Part shown: positions 10,674 to 19,370 of the stretch, piece by piece | Position numbering within the stretch: the first letter of the stretch is position 1 | How the letters are laid out: each line of letters begins with the position of its first letter | Source: Candidatus Tepidifontimicrobium thermophilum | GTDB lineage: Bacteria > Sysuimicrobiota > Sysuimicrobiia > Sysuimicrobiales > Sysuimicrobiaceae | DNA: 54,326 bases | Assembly (NCBI GenBank): GCA_031459915.1 | Contig: JAVKHO010000019.1 | Location: forward strand, 1 to 54,326 | Reading direction: 5' to 3' | Program-made: the position numbers and the translations under genes | The notes under the pieces: generated by a model | Told to the model about the DNA's origin: nothing | The model's database searches: none | Seen by the model: the letters and a program-made list of their open reading frames with translations, nothing else

Positions 10674-11411
10674 ATGCCGCGCTACGCCATGGTGGTCGAC
10701 CTGGACCGGTGCATGGGGTGCCGCGCTTGCATGGAGGCCTGCAAGGTAGAGAACAACACCCCCACCGCGGCCTTCTGGATGTACGTGTTCCGGTTCGAGG
10801 AGGGCGAGTATCCCAACACGTACATCTGGTTCATGCCGCGGCCCTGCATGCACTGCGACAACCCGCCGTGCGCCAAGGTGTGCCCGGTGGGCGCGCGGTA
10901 CAAGCGGGAGGACGGGTTGGTGGCCACGGACTGGGACCGGTGCATCGGCTGCCGCTACTGCGAGGTGGCCTGCCCGTACGGAGTGAACTACTTCAACTGG
11001 AAGGAGCCGGTGCGGAACTACTACCTGGACTGGGGTGAGCGCGACGTGCGGCGGGTGACGAACGGGCAGACCCCGCCCTACCGGAATCCCGACCTGGATC
11101 GGCCGTACGGGGAGGAGAAGCGCCGGGTGGCGGGTGGGGGGCGGCTCAAGGGGGTGGTGGAGAAGTGCACCTTCTGCGTGCAGCGGGTGGAGGAGGGGCT
11201 GCAGCCCGCGTGCGTCGCAAACTGCCCCGCGTTCGCGCTGCACTTCGGGGACCTGGAGGACCCGCAGAGCAGTGTCTCCCAGGTGCTGGGCCGGAAGCAC
11301 TCCTGGCGCCTGCTGGAGGAGCTGGGGACCGAGCCCCGGGTGTACTACGTGGGCGCCCACCCGGCGCACCCCGAGAGCCGGCAGATCGAGGAAGTAAAAG
11401 CGAGGGTGTAG
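10674..11411 (+). CDS. 4x[4Fe-4S] subunit, ArrB/ArxB-like
   Basis: Four Cys clusters; no signal peptide; insertion with PPYRNPD between clusters 3 and 4 resembles ArrB/ArxB. Confidence 0.8.
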   Translation: MPRYAMVVDLDRCMGCRACMEACKVENNTPTAAFWMYVFRFEEGEYPNTYIWFMPRPCMHCDNPPCAKVCPVGARYKREDGLVATDWDRCIGCRYCEVACPYGVNYFNWKEPVRNYYLDWGERDVRRVTNGQTPPYRNPDLDRPYGEEKRRVAGGGRLKGVVEKCTFCVQRVEEGLQPACVANCPAFALHFGDLEDPQSSVSQVLGRKHSWRLLEELGTEPRVYYVGAHPAHPESRQIEEVKARV

Positions 11412-11413
11412 CC

Positions 11414-12901
11414 ATGAGCGTACAGGTCCAGCGACTGCCTTACGGAGTGGGCCGGTTCCAGGTGGGCTTCTGGCTGTTCATCCTGGTCCTTCTGAGCGTG
11501 GTGGGCTGGGGAATCTACGCGTACTCCCGCCAGCTCGTGGAGGGGCTGGTGGTGACAGGCCTACGGGACATCGGGACCATGGGCGGGGCCGCCTGGGGCC
11601 TGTACATCGCCTTCGATGTGTACTTCGTGGGCGTGAGCTTCGCGGGCATCACCATGGCGGCCCTGATCCGGCTGCTGCGCCTGGAGGAGCTCAGGCCGGT
11701 GTCGCGCATGGCCGAGCTGCTGACCATCGTGGCTTTGGTCCTGGCGGCCTTCAGCGTCCTGCCGGACCTGGGCCAGCCCGTGCGGGGCATCGTGAACCTG
11801 TTGCGGTACGCGCGGCCGCAGTCCCCCTTCTTCGGCACGTTCACCCTGGTGATCTCCGGCTACCTGTTCGCCAGTCTGGTCTACTTTTACCTGGACGGGC
11901 GCCGAGACGCCGCCCTGCTGGCGCGGATCCCGAGCCCCCTGCAGGGCTTCTACCGCCTGTGGGCTGCAGGCTACCGGGATACCCCGGCGGAGCGCGAGCG
12001 GCACCACCGCGCCGCCTTCTGGCTCGCCATCGCCATCGTGCCTTTGCTGGTGACCGCCCACTCCACCTTGGGGTTCGTGTTCGGGATCCAGTCGGGCCGG
12101 CCTGGCTGGTTCAGCACGCTGCAGGCCCCTGCTTTCGTGGTGATGGCTGGCGTGTCGGGGATCGGGCTGCTGCTGGTGATCGCCGCGGTGTTTCGGCACG
12201 TGCTAGGCGAGCGGGAACGGCTGCACGAGGCGATCTTCCGGTGGCTGGGGGGTCTGCTGGCGCTCCTGGTGCTCGTTTATCTCTACTTCACGGTGGCCGA
12301 GCTACTGACCACCACGTACACGGGTCACGAGACGGAGGTCCGGCTGACGCTGGCGCTGCTCACCGGACCGTACGCCTGGCTCTTCTGGGTCAGCATGGGG
12401 GCACTGGTGCTAGGCCTGGTGGCGCTGCTCCTGCCCTACGTACCCTCTGTGGTGCCCGTGCGCGTGCCCTCCTTCCGGCCGGCCTTCACGCGTGCAGCCG
12501 GTCTGGCGGCGGCGGGCGCGGGACTGCTGCTGATGATCCACCGCCACGGCCCCCGCCTGGCTCCCGCAGCCGGAGCCGGGCCCGAACCCGAATGGGTGGG
12601 GTGGGTGCTGGCAGGTCTGGCGGTGGTGTTCGTCCTGTCGTGGTTTCCTCTGTTTGCCCGGAGCGTGGTGGCCGCGGGCGTGGCGGGAGGTTTGCTGGTG
12701 AACGTGGCCGCGGTGGGCAAGCGGCTGCTCATCGTGGTGCCCTCGCAGACGCACGGGACGCTGCTGCCGTATGGCCCCGGGTCGTACACGCCCACCTGGG
12801 TGGAGTACAGCGTCGTGGCCGGCCTGTTCGCGCTCGGCACGCTGCTGTACACCCTGTTCGTGAAGGTGTTCCCCATCATGGAGGTTGCGGAGGAACAATG
12901 A
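11414..12901 (+). CDS. NrfD/PsrC-family quinol-interacting membrane subunit (ArxC-like), enlarged
   Basis: WGLYIAFDVYFVGVS, DLGQP, QSPF, HSTLG, YTPTWVE motifs. Confidence 0.85.
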   Translation: MSVQVQRLPYGVGRFQVGFWLFILVLLSVVGWGIYAYSRQLVEGLVVTGLRDIGTMGGAAWGLYIAFDVYFVGVSFAGITMAALIRLLRLEELRPVSRMAELLTIVALVLAAFSVLPDLGQPVRGIVNLLRYARPQSPFFGTFTLVISGYLFASLVYFYLDGRRDAALLARIPSPLQGFYRLWAAGYRDTPAERERHHRAAFWLAIAIVPLLVTAHSTLGFVFGIQSGRPGWFSTLQAPAFVVMAGVSGIGLLLVIAAVFRHVLGERERLHEAIFRWLGGLLALLVLVYLYFTVAELLTTTYTGHETEVRLTLALLTGPYAWLFWVSMGALVLGLVALLLPYVPSVVPVRVPSFRPAFTRAAGLAAAGAGLLLMIHRHGPRLAPAAGAGPEPEWVGWVLAGLAVVFVLSWFPLFARSVVAAGVAGGLLVNVAAVGKRLLIVVPSQTHGTLLPYGPGSYTPTWVEYSVVAGLFALGTLLYTLFVKVFPIMEVAEEQ

Positions 12902-13134
12902 TGCGGGCGGCGTGGACGCTGCTGTTGGTGGTGGCGGGTTTTGCCCTGCAGGCGGTGAGTTACTTCTTCCTAGCGGCGCCCCTGGGGGTGCCCACCGGCC
13001 CCGTGTACAGCAACCCGCGGGTACCCTTCGCCCCGGCCGTGTTCATCCTCGGGGTGATGCTGGTGTTCCTGGCCGCGGTGGTCTACGAGTTGCTGCCGGA
13101 GTCCGGCGGGCGGACGCATCGGGGAACGGGATGA
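12898..13134 (+). CDS. Small two-helix membrane protein, unknown function
   Basis: 78 aa with two hydrophobic helices around SNPRVPFAP; ATGA overlaps with both neighbours. Confidence 0.7.
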   Translation: MMRAAWTLLLVVAGFALQAVSYFFLAAPLGVPTGPVYSNPRVPFAPAVFILGVMLVFLAAVVYELLPESGGRTHRGTG

Positions 13135-13787
13135 AAGCCCTGGCGCAGCTGCGACAGGCCATCTACCGGCTACTGGCCGCGCTGTTCCTGTACCCTACGG
13201 AGGCTCGGCGCCGCGCCCTGGTGGAGGTCCCGCGGGTCCTCGAGCCGGAGCGGGTCCTGGCAGCTTTCCCCTTCTTCCTGCCGTGGGAGCGCCTGCTGCG
13301 CGCCCTCGCCGACCTGCCGGCTAGCACGGTCCTCCAGGAGGAATACGTGCGTCTGTTCACCCCGGGCTTTGACGGCTGCCGCTGTGCTCCCTACGAGTCC
13401 GCTTACCACTGCGGGCAGGGTGGGTCCGCGAGTTGGCTGTGTGCGGAGCTGGAACGGGAGTACGCCTTCGTGGGTCTGGCCCTGTCGAACGACCCGCACG
13501 AGCCTGCGGACCACCTGGCGGTGGAGCTCGAGTACATGGCCTTTCTGTGCGGGCGGGAGGCGGAGGCGTGGGAACGCGGGACCGCAGAAGCCCGGGAGCT
13601 CCTCGGACGGGAGCGGAACTTCCTGAACCGACACCTGGTCCGGTGGGTTCCGGAGTTCGCTCGGTCCCTGCAGGACCAGGAAGCCGCGGCGGTCTACCGG
13701 GCCGGTGCGGCGGCCTGCGAGGCGTTCGTGCTGCAGGACTTGGACCTGGTGTGCCTTTTCAGCCGGATCCAGGAGGCGCGTCGGTGA
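13131..13787 (+). CDS. TorD/DmsD-family molybdoenzyme chaperone
   Basis: EYVRLF, PYESAY, EPADHLAVELEYM, HLVRW motifs. Confidence 0.9.
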   Translation: MKALAQLRQAIYRLLAALFLYPTEARRRALVEVPRVLEPERVLAAFPFFLPWERLLRALADLPASTVLQEEYVRLFTPGFDGCRCAPYESAYHCGQGGSASWLCAELEREYAFVGLALSNDPHEPADHLAVELEYMAFLCGREAEAWERGTAEARELLGRERNFLNRHLVRWVPEFARSLQDQEAAAVYRAGAAACEAFVLQDLDLVCLFSRIQEARR

Positions 13788-15346
13788 CGGCGCAGCCAGC
13801 TGCAGTCTTGATATGCGCGGACGTGGCGCGGGCAAGCCGGGTGAACCTGACCGCGGTGGAGGCGTGGCTCCAGAGGACAGACCCCCACGCGGTCGTGCGG
13901 GTCGCCGCTGGCCTGTGCGAGGGGAGAGGGGACCTCGAGTCCGTCCTGGCGCGGGACGGCGCCGGGCGGGCGGTTCTGGGGCTCTGCGGGGACGGGTACG
14001 ACGAACGCGAGCTGCAGTCCCAGTTGCGGCAGGCGGGGATCGATCCGCTGAGCGCGAGTGCGGTACGGCTAGGGCGCTGGTGCGCGGGCCTGCCGCCGGA
14101 GGCCGCCACGGAAAAAGCGAAGGTGATGCTCGCGGCGGCGGTGGCCGCGGCCCGGGCGTCCGGGGGCAGCACCGTCGCCAACGCGAAGCCGTACTTCCCC
14201 GCCCGGGGAAGCCGCCGGTCCTTCCTGCGGTTCCCTGTGCCGGCCTACCGCGTGGTCCCCTCGGTGGACGGGAGTCGTTGTGCTGCGTCCGCCGGCTGCT
14301 CCCTGTGCGTGGAAGCGTGCCCGTTCGGGGCGCTGTCGGTAGCGGACGGGCGGATCGAGCTGGACAAGGACGGCTGCGAGGGTTGCGGGCGGTGCGTCAG
14401 CGCCTGTCCCCGGGAGGCCTTCCACTTCCCGGGGTACAACCCGAAGGAAGTGGAAGCCCGGGTGCGGGTTCTGCTGGACCCGGAGGTCAGCGCCATCCAG
14501 CCGAGGGGCATCCTGTTCGTGTGCGCCTGCGCGTCCCCACTGCCATTCCTGGAGGCCGGCTGGATGCCCGTGGAGCTTCCGTGCGCCGCTATGCTGCCCG
14601 CGCACTGGCTGCTGGCGCCCCTGCTGCTGGGTGCGGTAGCTGTTGGGGTTGTGCCGTGCGAGAGACAGGGCAGCACGGGCTGCGGGCCCGCCGTCCTCCA
14701 GAAGGTGGACTTCTGCCAGGCGTTGCTCCGGCGGGCGGGGAGGCCCGCGGAGCTGGTGCGCAGCCATCCGCCCGCAGAGCAACCGCCGGGGATGGAACTC
14801 CCCGAGCCCCTCCCGCGGGCGAACGGGGAGGTCAGGTTCCAGCTGCGCCCCGAGGCTGTGGCGGCGGTGCTGTTGCGCTTTGTAGGTCATGGGGGTACCT
14901 CCGCGTGGGAGCACCCCGGCTGCCCGCTGGGCCTGGTGGAGATCAACCCAGCTACGTGCACGGGCTGCGGGATGTGCGCGATCGCGTGTCCCTCGGAGGC
15001 TCTGCAGTACGGAGAGGCAGACGGCGAGGCGTGGGTGCGCTTTGACCCGGCGCGGTGCACCGCCTGCGGGCTGTGCGTGTCCAGGTGTCCGGAGCAGGCG
15101 CGGGGGGCCATTCACGTGAGCCGGCGCCTGGACCCCGAGTCCCTGCGGGCAGGGAGCGGGCAGCTCCTTCGGACACCCCTGAGGCGGTGTGTGGCCTGCG
15201 GCGCACCCGTGGCGCCCGCGCTCATGCTGAATCGGGTACTGGAGTTGCTAGGGGAGGACGGCATCCAGCTGCAGCGGGTCCTCACCCAGTACTGCCCGTC
15301 CTGCAGGCCGCTGTGGGGGGCCCGGGAGGAGGCTCGGCGTGGGTAG
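13784..15346 (+). CDS. Cys-rich polyferredoxin (HdrA-N-like + 4Fe-4S pairs + MvhD-like segment)
   Basis: CSLCVEACP, CEGCGRCVSACP, CTGCGMCAIACP, CTACGLCVSRCP, CVACG...CPSC; GTGA overlap with torD. Confidence 0.75.
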   Translation: MTAQPAAVLICADVARASRVNLTAVEAWLQRTDPHAVVRVAAGLCEGRGDLESVLARDGAGRAVLGLCGDGYDERELQSQLRQAGIDPLSASAVRLGRWCAGLPPEAATEKAKVMLAAAVAAARASGGSTVANAKPYFPARGSRRSFLRFPVPAYRVVPSVDGSRCAASAGCSLCVEACPFGALSVADGRIELDKDGCEGCGRCVSACPREAFHFPGYNPKEVEARVRVLLDPEVSAIQPRGILFVCACASPLPFLEAGWMPVELPCAAMLPAHWLLAPLLLGAVAVGVVPCERQGSTGCGPAVLQKVDFCQALLRRAGRPAELVRSHPPAEQPPGMELPEPLPRANGEVRFQLRPEAVAAVLLRFVGHGGTSAWEHPGCPLGLVEINPATCTGCGMCAIACPSEALQYGEADGEAWVRFDPARCTACGLCVSRCPEQARGAIHVSRRLDPESLRAGSGQLLRTPLRRCVACGAPVAPALMLNRVLELLGEDGIQLQRVLTQYCPSCRPLWGAREEARRG

Positions 15347-15833
15347 GAGGCCGGAAAGGAAGGCGCGAAGGCGTGGGATCTGGGCCCTGGCGGTCGTCGC
15401 CGCTGTGGCGGGGCTCGCGGTGGCGTGGGTGGCGTGGCAGGGCAGCCGGTCCACGGCCCCGGCGGGTGCGCGGCTGACCGTGTACCAGAACCCGCGCTGC
15501 GGCTGCTGCGGTGCGTACGTGAGCTACCTCCGTGGGGCGGGCTACGCGGTCGGGGTGGTGAAGACAGAGGAGATGGAGGGGGTCAAGCGGCGGTACCGGG
15601 TGCCGCAGCAGCTCTGGAGCTGTCACACGGCAGTGGCGGGCCGGTACTTCGTGGAGGGGCACGTGCCGGTGGAGGCGGTGCAGGAACTGCTGCGGCGGGC
15701 CCCGGACTGGCTGGGGCTCGCGCTTCCCGGCATGCCCAGTGGTTCTCCGGGCATGTCAGGCCCTCGGGAAGGACCTCTGGTGGTTCAGGCCGTCACGCGG
15801 GAAGGTCTGTGGCGCGAGTTCGGCAGGTTCTGA
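15339..15833 (+). CDS. DUF411/CopG-like exported metal-binding protein
   Basis: N-terminal TM helix; CGCC, SCHT, EGHVP and PGMPSGSPGM motifs. Confidence 0.85.
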   Translation: MGRRPERKARRRGIWALAVVAAVAGLAVAWVAWQGSRSTAPAGARLTVYQNPRCGCCGAYVSYLRGAGYAVGVVKTEEMEGVKRRYRVPQQLWSCHTAVAGRYFVEGHVPVEAVQELLRRAPDWLGLALPGMPSGSPGMSGPREGPLVVQAVTREGLWREFGRF

Positions 15834-16090
15834 GCCGAGGATATAACCTGCCAGCACGATCCCATGACCGCCGAACCCGCTGATCTGCACCTCCCCGGGA
15901 CGGCATCACATCCTCGGAGGTTGCGGCTTGCCGAGCAACTGCCTTAGGAGACGCTCGATCTCCGCCCTCGGGTGGTGGTGTTGCCCTCCTGGGGTGGGCA
16001 CCCTTCGGGCAAAAGCCCTCTGGGAGGCGCATTTTATAGCGATGTTGGTTTAAGCCGCTTGCACCAACGGCCCCCGGACGCCTGGGGGGA

Positions 16091-16750
16091 CTACCGGCGC
16101 TTCACCGGTGTGCGGAAGCGGAGGTGGAAAGGCTGCAGGCCGGCGGCGGCCAGGTGCTCGGCCAGGACCAGGGGCGGTACCTGGGTGGCGCAGACGTCCG
16201 CGCGTTTCACGACCCCGTCCAGGCGGACGGAGAGGACGAGCCCCCACCGGTCGGGCTGCAGGGAGCGGAGGGCCTGCACCAGCTTGGCCAGGTCCTCCAG
16301 ACCGCCCGGTAGGGCCACGGACAGCCGGACACCGTCCAGGTCGCCGCCCCGTAGGTACACCAGGGCGTCGAAGAGGTCACTCTCGGTGACGATTCCGACC
16401 AGCTGGTCCCGTTCGACCACCAGCAGGCAGCCGATCTTGTGTCTACGGAGCAGGGACGCGGCCTCCTCCACCGGGGCGTCCGGGGTGGTGGTGTGGAGGT
16501 CGCGCACCATGACGTCCGAAACCCGCAGCTGCTCCGGCAGCTCCACCCGCCGCGCGGCGCCGTCCCCGGCGGCTGGGGGAAGGGCGGCCCGCATGAGGTC
16601 GGTCCAGGTCACCAGCCCGACCAGTCTGGTCCCGCGTAGGACCGGCAGGTGGCGGATCCGCAAGGCCTTCATGCGCTCCAGCGCCTCCTGCAGGGACGCG
16701 GTGGGCGCGATCGTGGTCGGGTTGGCGGTCATCACGTCGCGTACCAGCAT
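16091..16750 (-). CDS. CBS-pair + ACT-like protein (AcuB-like)
   Basis: MLVRDVMT...IRHLPV...KIGCLLVV...GIVTESD; ATG at 16750 with AGGAG SD. Confidence 0.8.
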   Translation of the reverse strand: MLVRDVMTANPTTIAPTASLQEALERMKALRIRHLPVLRGTRLVGLVTWTDLMRAALPPAAGDGAARRVELPEQLRVSDVMVRDLHTTTPDAPVEEAASLLRRHKIGCLLVVERDQLVGIVTESDLFDALVYLRGGDLDGVRLSVALPGGLEDLAKLVQALRSLQPDRWGLVLSVRLDGVVKRADVCATQVPPLVLAEHLAAAGLQPFHLRFRTPVKRR

Positions 16751-16823
16751 GGCGCTCCTACGGGTGTCGGCAGACTGGCCGGAAGCAACCCCCGGCGGTC
16801 CCCGCCCACCCCGCACAACCCGC

Positions 16824-16894
16824 AGTATGACCGCGCGGACCAACGGTCGGCATCGGTCCGCGCACCGATTTTCCGGATCGGGCGCGGACCCTAG
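16824..16894 (-). promoter_or_regulatory. Two motif A sites plus -10-like CATACT
   Basis: ATCGGT-CCGCGC-ACCGAT (16852-16869, perfect arms) and ATCGGG-CGCGGA-CCCTAG (16877-16894); CATACT on the minus strand starts at 16829, 40 nt from the site edge. Confidence 0.6.
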
Positions 16895-16910
16895 CGCGGC
16901 AGGGTCGGGG

Positions 16911-17183
16911 TCAGACGCCCCGGTGGCGCAGGAACTGCGCCGCGAGGCTGAGAACCCACCGGTACTGCTGGGCCGCCCGGCGGTGTGCGGTCCGTGCGGA
17001 CACCAGCTCCCTGCGGAGGGACTCCAGGATCCGGCGGTACTCCCGGGCCTCCTCCGGGTGTTCGCGCCGTGTCCTGGTCAAGCCTCCCCGGTCCTGCGTG
17101 AGCAGGCGCTGTGCAGCGAGCAGCTCCAGGCCCCACACTCCCCGTGCGGCTTCGTGCTCCGGCTTCAGATGCACAGCCACCAC
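16911..17183 (-). CDS. Hypothetical helical protein (about 90 aa)
   Basis: Fills the gap between same-strand genes; GGGGG SD-like sequence; coiled-coil-like composition; start uncertain. Confidence 0.45.
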   Translation of the reverse strand: MVAVHLKPEHEAARGVWGLELLAAQRLLTQDRGGLTRTRREHPEEAREYRRILESLRRELVSARTAHRRAAQQYRWVLSLAAQFLRHRGV

Positions 17184-17290
17184 CCCCGCGCGGCAACGTA
17201 GCCCCGCGGGCGGGAGGGAAGCGATCAGGCCCGGGCGGGAAGGGAACGGGCAGACCCGATGACGGAGGTCCTACGGGGTGTAGCGACGGG

Positions 17291-18457
17291 TTAATCCGCT
17301 CCTGCGGGAAGCCGGGCCAGCACGGTGGTGCCGACCCCGGGCACGGAGAGGACCTGGACCGTGCCGCCCACCAGTTCCGCCCGCTCCCGCATGCCCGCCA
17401 GGCCGAGGGTCCGCCGGTCGGTCTCCTGCGGGTCGAAACCTACCCCGTCGTCCCGCACCATCACGAGGAGGGTTTCGGACCGACGGTCCAGGCGGACGTC
17501 CACGCGGCTGGCCCGGGCGTGTCGGAGGACGTTGGTCAGGGCCTCCTGGACGATCCGGAACGCTACCGTCTCCACGTCCGCCGGCAAGCGGGAGTCCAGC
17601 CCGGCGGTGTCCACGTGCACGTCCAGGCCGGCCGGCCGGACGTAGGCGTCCGCGTACCAGCGTACCGCCGGGCCCAACCCCAGATCGTCGAGGATGGACG
17701 GCCTGAGTTCGTGGACCAGCTTCCGCAGTTCGTCCAGCCCCTGCTGCGCGAGGTCGTGCAGGCGGCGCAGCTGCGGGGCCAGGGGGTTCCCCTCGGACTC
17801 CGCCTGGCCGGCCAGCTGGGCCAGTTGGATGATCAGGGCCGTCATCATCTGGCCCGCGTGGTCGTGCAGGTCTCGGGCGATCCGGCGGCGCTCCTCTTCC
17901 TGAGCCACCAGCAGGCGCTGGAGCAGCTGGCGGCGGACGTGCTCCTGTTCCCGCACTTGTTCGAACAGGCGCGCCCGCTGGATGGTCACTGCCAGCTCGT
18001 GCCCCACCGCCTCCAGCATGTCCAGCTCTTCGTCGCTGAAGGTGCGCCCCGGCGGCAGCATCAGGTTCAGGATGCCCACCGTCTCGTCCTGCGCCACCAG
18101 GGGGACCGAGGCATGACGGTGTCGTTCTGCCAGCTGCGGCAGGGCCTGCTCCAGGCGGGCGCACTGGATGACGTTGACAGGCTCCCGCAGGGTCCCTTCG
18201 CGGAGCATGCTGATGCAACGGCAGTCCCCGGCCATCCTGCGCTTGCCTGCGGCGGCAAGGGGGGCCGGGAGGTTGGCGTCAGCGGCTAAGTGGAACTCGC
18301 CGGGGTTGGGGCCGTGGAGGAAGATCCACCCCGCCTCCACGTCCATCAGCTCGCAGATCCGGCGGAGAGCCCCGTCGAGGGCCTCCCGGAGGGTGTACGA
18401 GCGGTTCAGGACCTCCGAGATGCTCCGGAAGATGGCCGTCTGTCGGGCCAGCTGCAA
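17291..18457 (-). CDS. Soluble GAF + HisKA_3 sensor histidine kinase (AirS/YhcY-like)
   Basis: EEERRRIARDLHD, ELRPSILDDLGL, QEALTNVLRHA, DDGVGF, GLAGMRER; GAF domain with C-R-C-X17-C; TTG at 18457 with GGGGAGG SD. Confidence 0.85.
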   Translation of the reverse strand: MQLARQTAIFRSISEVLNRSYTLREALDGALRRICELMDVEAGWIFLHGPNPGEFHLAADANLPAPLAAAGKRRMAGDCRCISMLREGTLREPVNVIQCARLEQALPQLAERHRHASVPLVAQDETVGILNLMLPPGRTFSDEELDMLEAVGHELAVTIQRARLFEQVREQEHVRRQLLQRLLVAQEEERRRIARDLHDHAGQMMTALIIQLAQLAGQAESEGNPLAPQLRRLHDLAQQGLDELRKLVHELRPSILDDLGLGPAVRWYADAYVRPAGLDVHVDTAGLDSRLPADVETVAFRIVQEALTNVLRHARASRVDVRLDRRSETLLVMVRDDGVGFDPQETDRRTLGLAGMRERAELVGGTVQVLSVPGVGTTVLARLPAGAD

Positions 18458-18562
18458 GGGGACCTCCCCTCGCTTGGCGTGGGCATGGGCCCTCTTTATC
18501 GTACCGGAAAGGGCCAAAAAGCCCCGCCCGCCGCGGACCCTGCGGGCCGGACGGCTTTCGTC

Positions 18563-19285
18563 CTATCGGGGTACGTTCCTCCAGGGGTCTCCCGGCCAGG
18601 TTTCCATCCGCGCCTGCCGGTCGTCGAACCGGTAGGTGAGCTGGCTTTCCACGCGGACCACGCCGTCGATGGTAGCAACCCAGCGCTCCGCCAGCTCCTT
18701 GTCGGACCGGCGCTCCACCTCACCCTCCAGGGTGACCACCCCGTCCTGGACCTGGATGCGGAGACCCGAGGGGTCGATCCACAGCTCCTCCAGGAGCGCG
18801 CGGCGTACCGCTTCCTTAATTTCGTCGTCGGCGCGCACCAGGGCCCGCAGGACGTCCGCCCGGCTGACGATCCCCACCACCTGGTCCCCCCGCACCACGG
18901 GGACCCGGTTGACCTGCCGGCGCGCCATCAGAGCCGCCACTTCCCGTAGGGGCGTCTCTTCGGTCACAGTAACGACCGGGGAGCTCATCACGTCCCGGGC
19001 CACCAGCCCCTCGGCCTTCCGCTCGGCCTCCGCCAGCTGGCCCCTGCGGAACAAGCGTAGCAGCCCGGGTTCCTCCACCTCAGGTCGCTCCTTGTAAAGG
19101 AGGTCCGCCTCCGTGACGATCCCTACCAGCTTCCCCTCCGGGGAGACCACAGGCACTCCGCTGATGTGGTGGGTCAGGAGGAGCTGAGCGATCTCTTTCA
19201 CCGGAGTGTCAGGAGCCACGGTGATGACCGGTGTGGTCATCACGTCGCGTGCCAGCAGCCGGACTCGCGTGGGCGCGGTTGCCAT
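18563..19285 (-). CDS. CBS-pair + BON domain protein
   Basis: ARDVMT, ISGVPVV, GIVTEADLL; C-terminal GVVTLEG...GVVRVESQL BON signature. Confidence 0.85.
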   Translation of the reverse strand: MATAPTRVRLLARDVMTTPVITVAPDTPVKEIAQLLLTHHISGVPVVSPEGKLVGIVTEADLLYKERPEVEEPGLLRLFRRGQLAEAERKAEGLVARDVMSSPVVTVTEETPLREVAALMARRQVNRVPVVRGDQVVGIVSRADVLRALVRADDEIKEAVRRALLEELWIDPSGLRIQVQDGVVTLEGEVERRSDKELAERWVATIDGVVRVESQLTYRFDDRQARMETWPGDPWRNVPR

Positions 19286-19370
19286 GCTCCACCTCCCCGT
19301 GCGATCACCAAGGTCTTAGCCGTGAGGTTCTCTACGGCTCCGGCGGGGACCTGCCGGAGGCGTAGACAGG

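Noticed and set aside
16006..16040. GGGCAAAA...GCGCA resembling a c-di-GMP-I riboswitch
   Set aside because: No GNRA-capped P2 or GACGCAAA element, and no same-strand gene downstream
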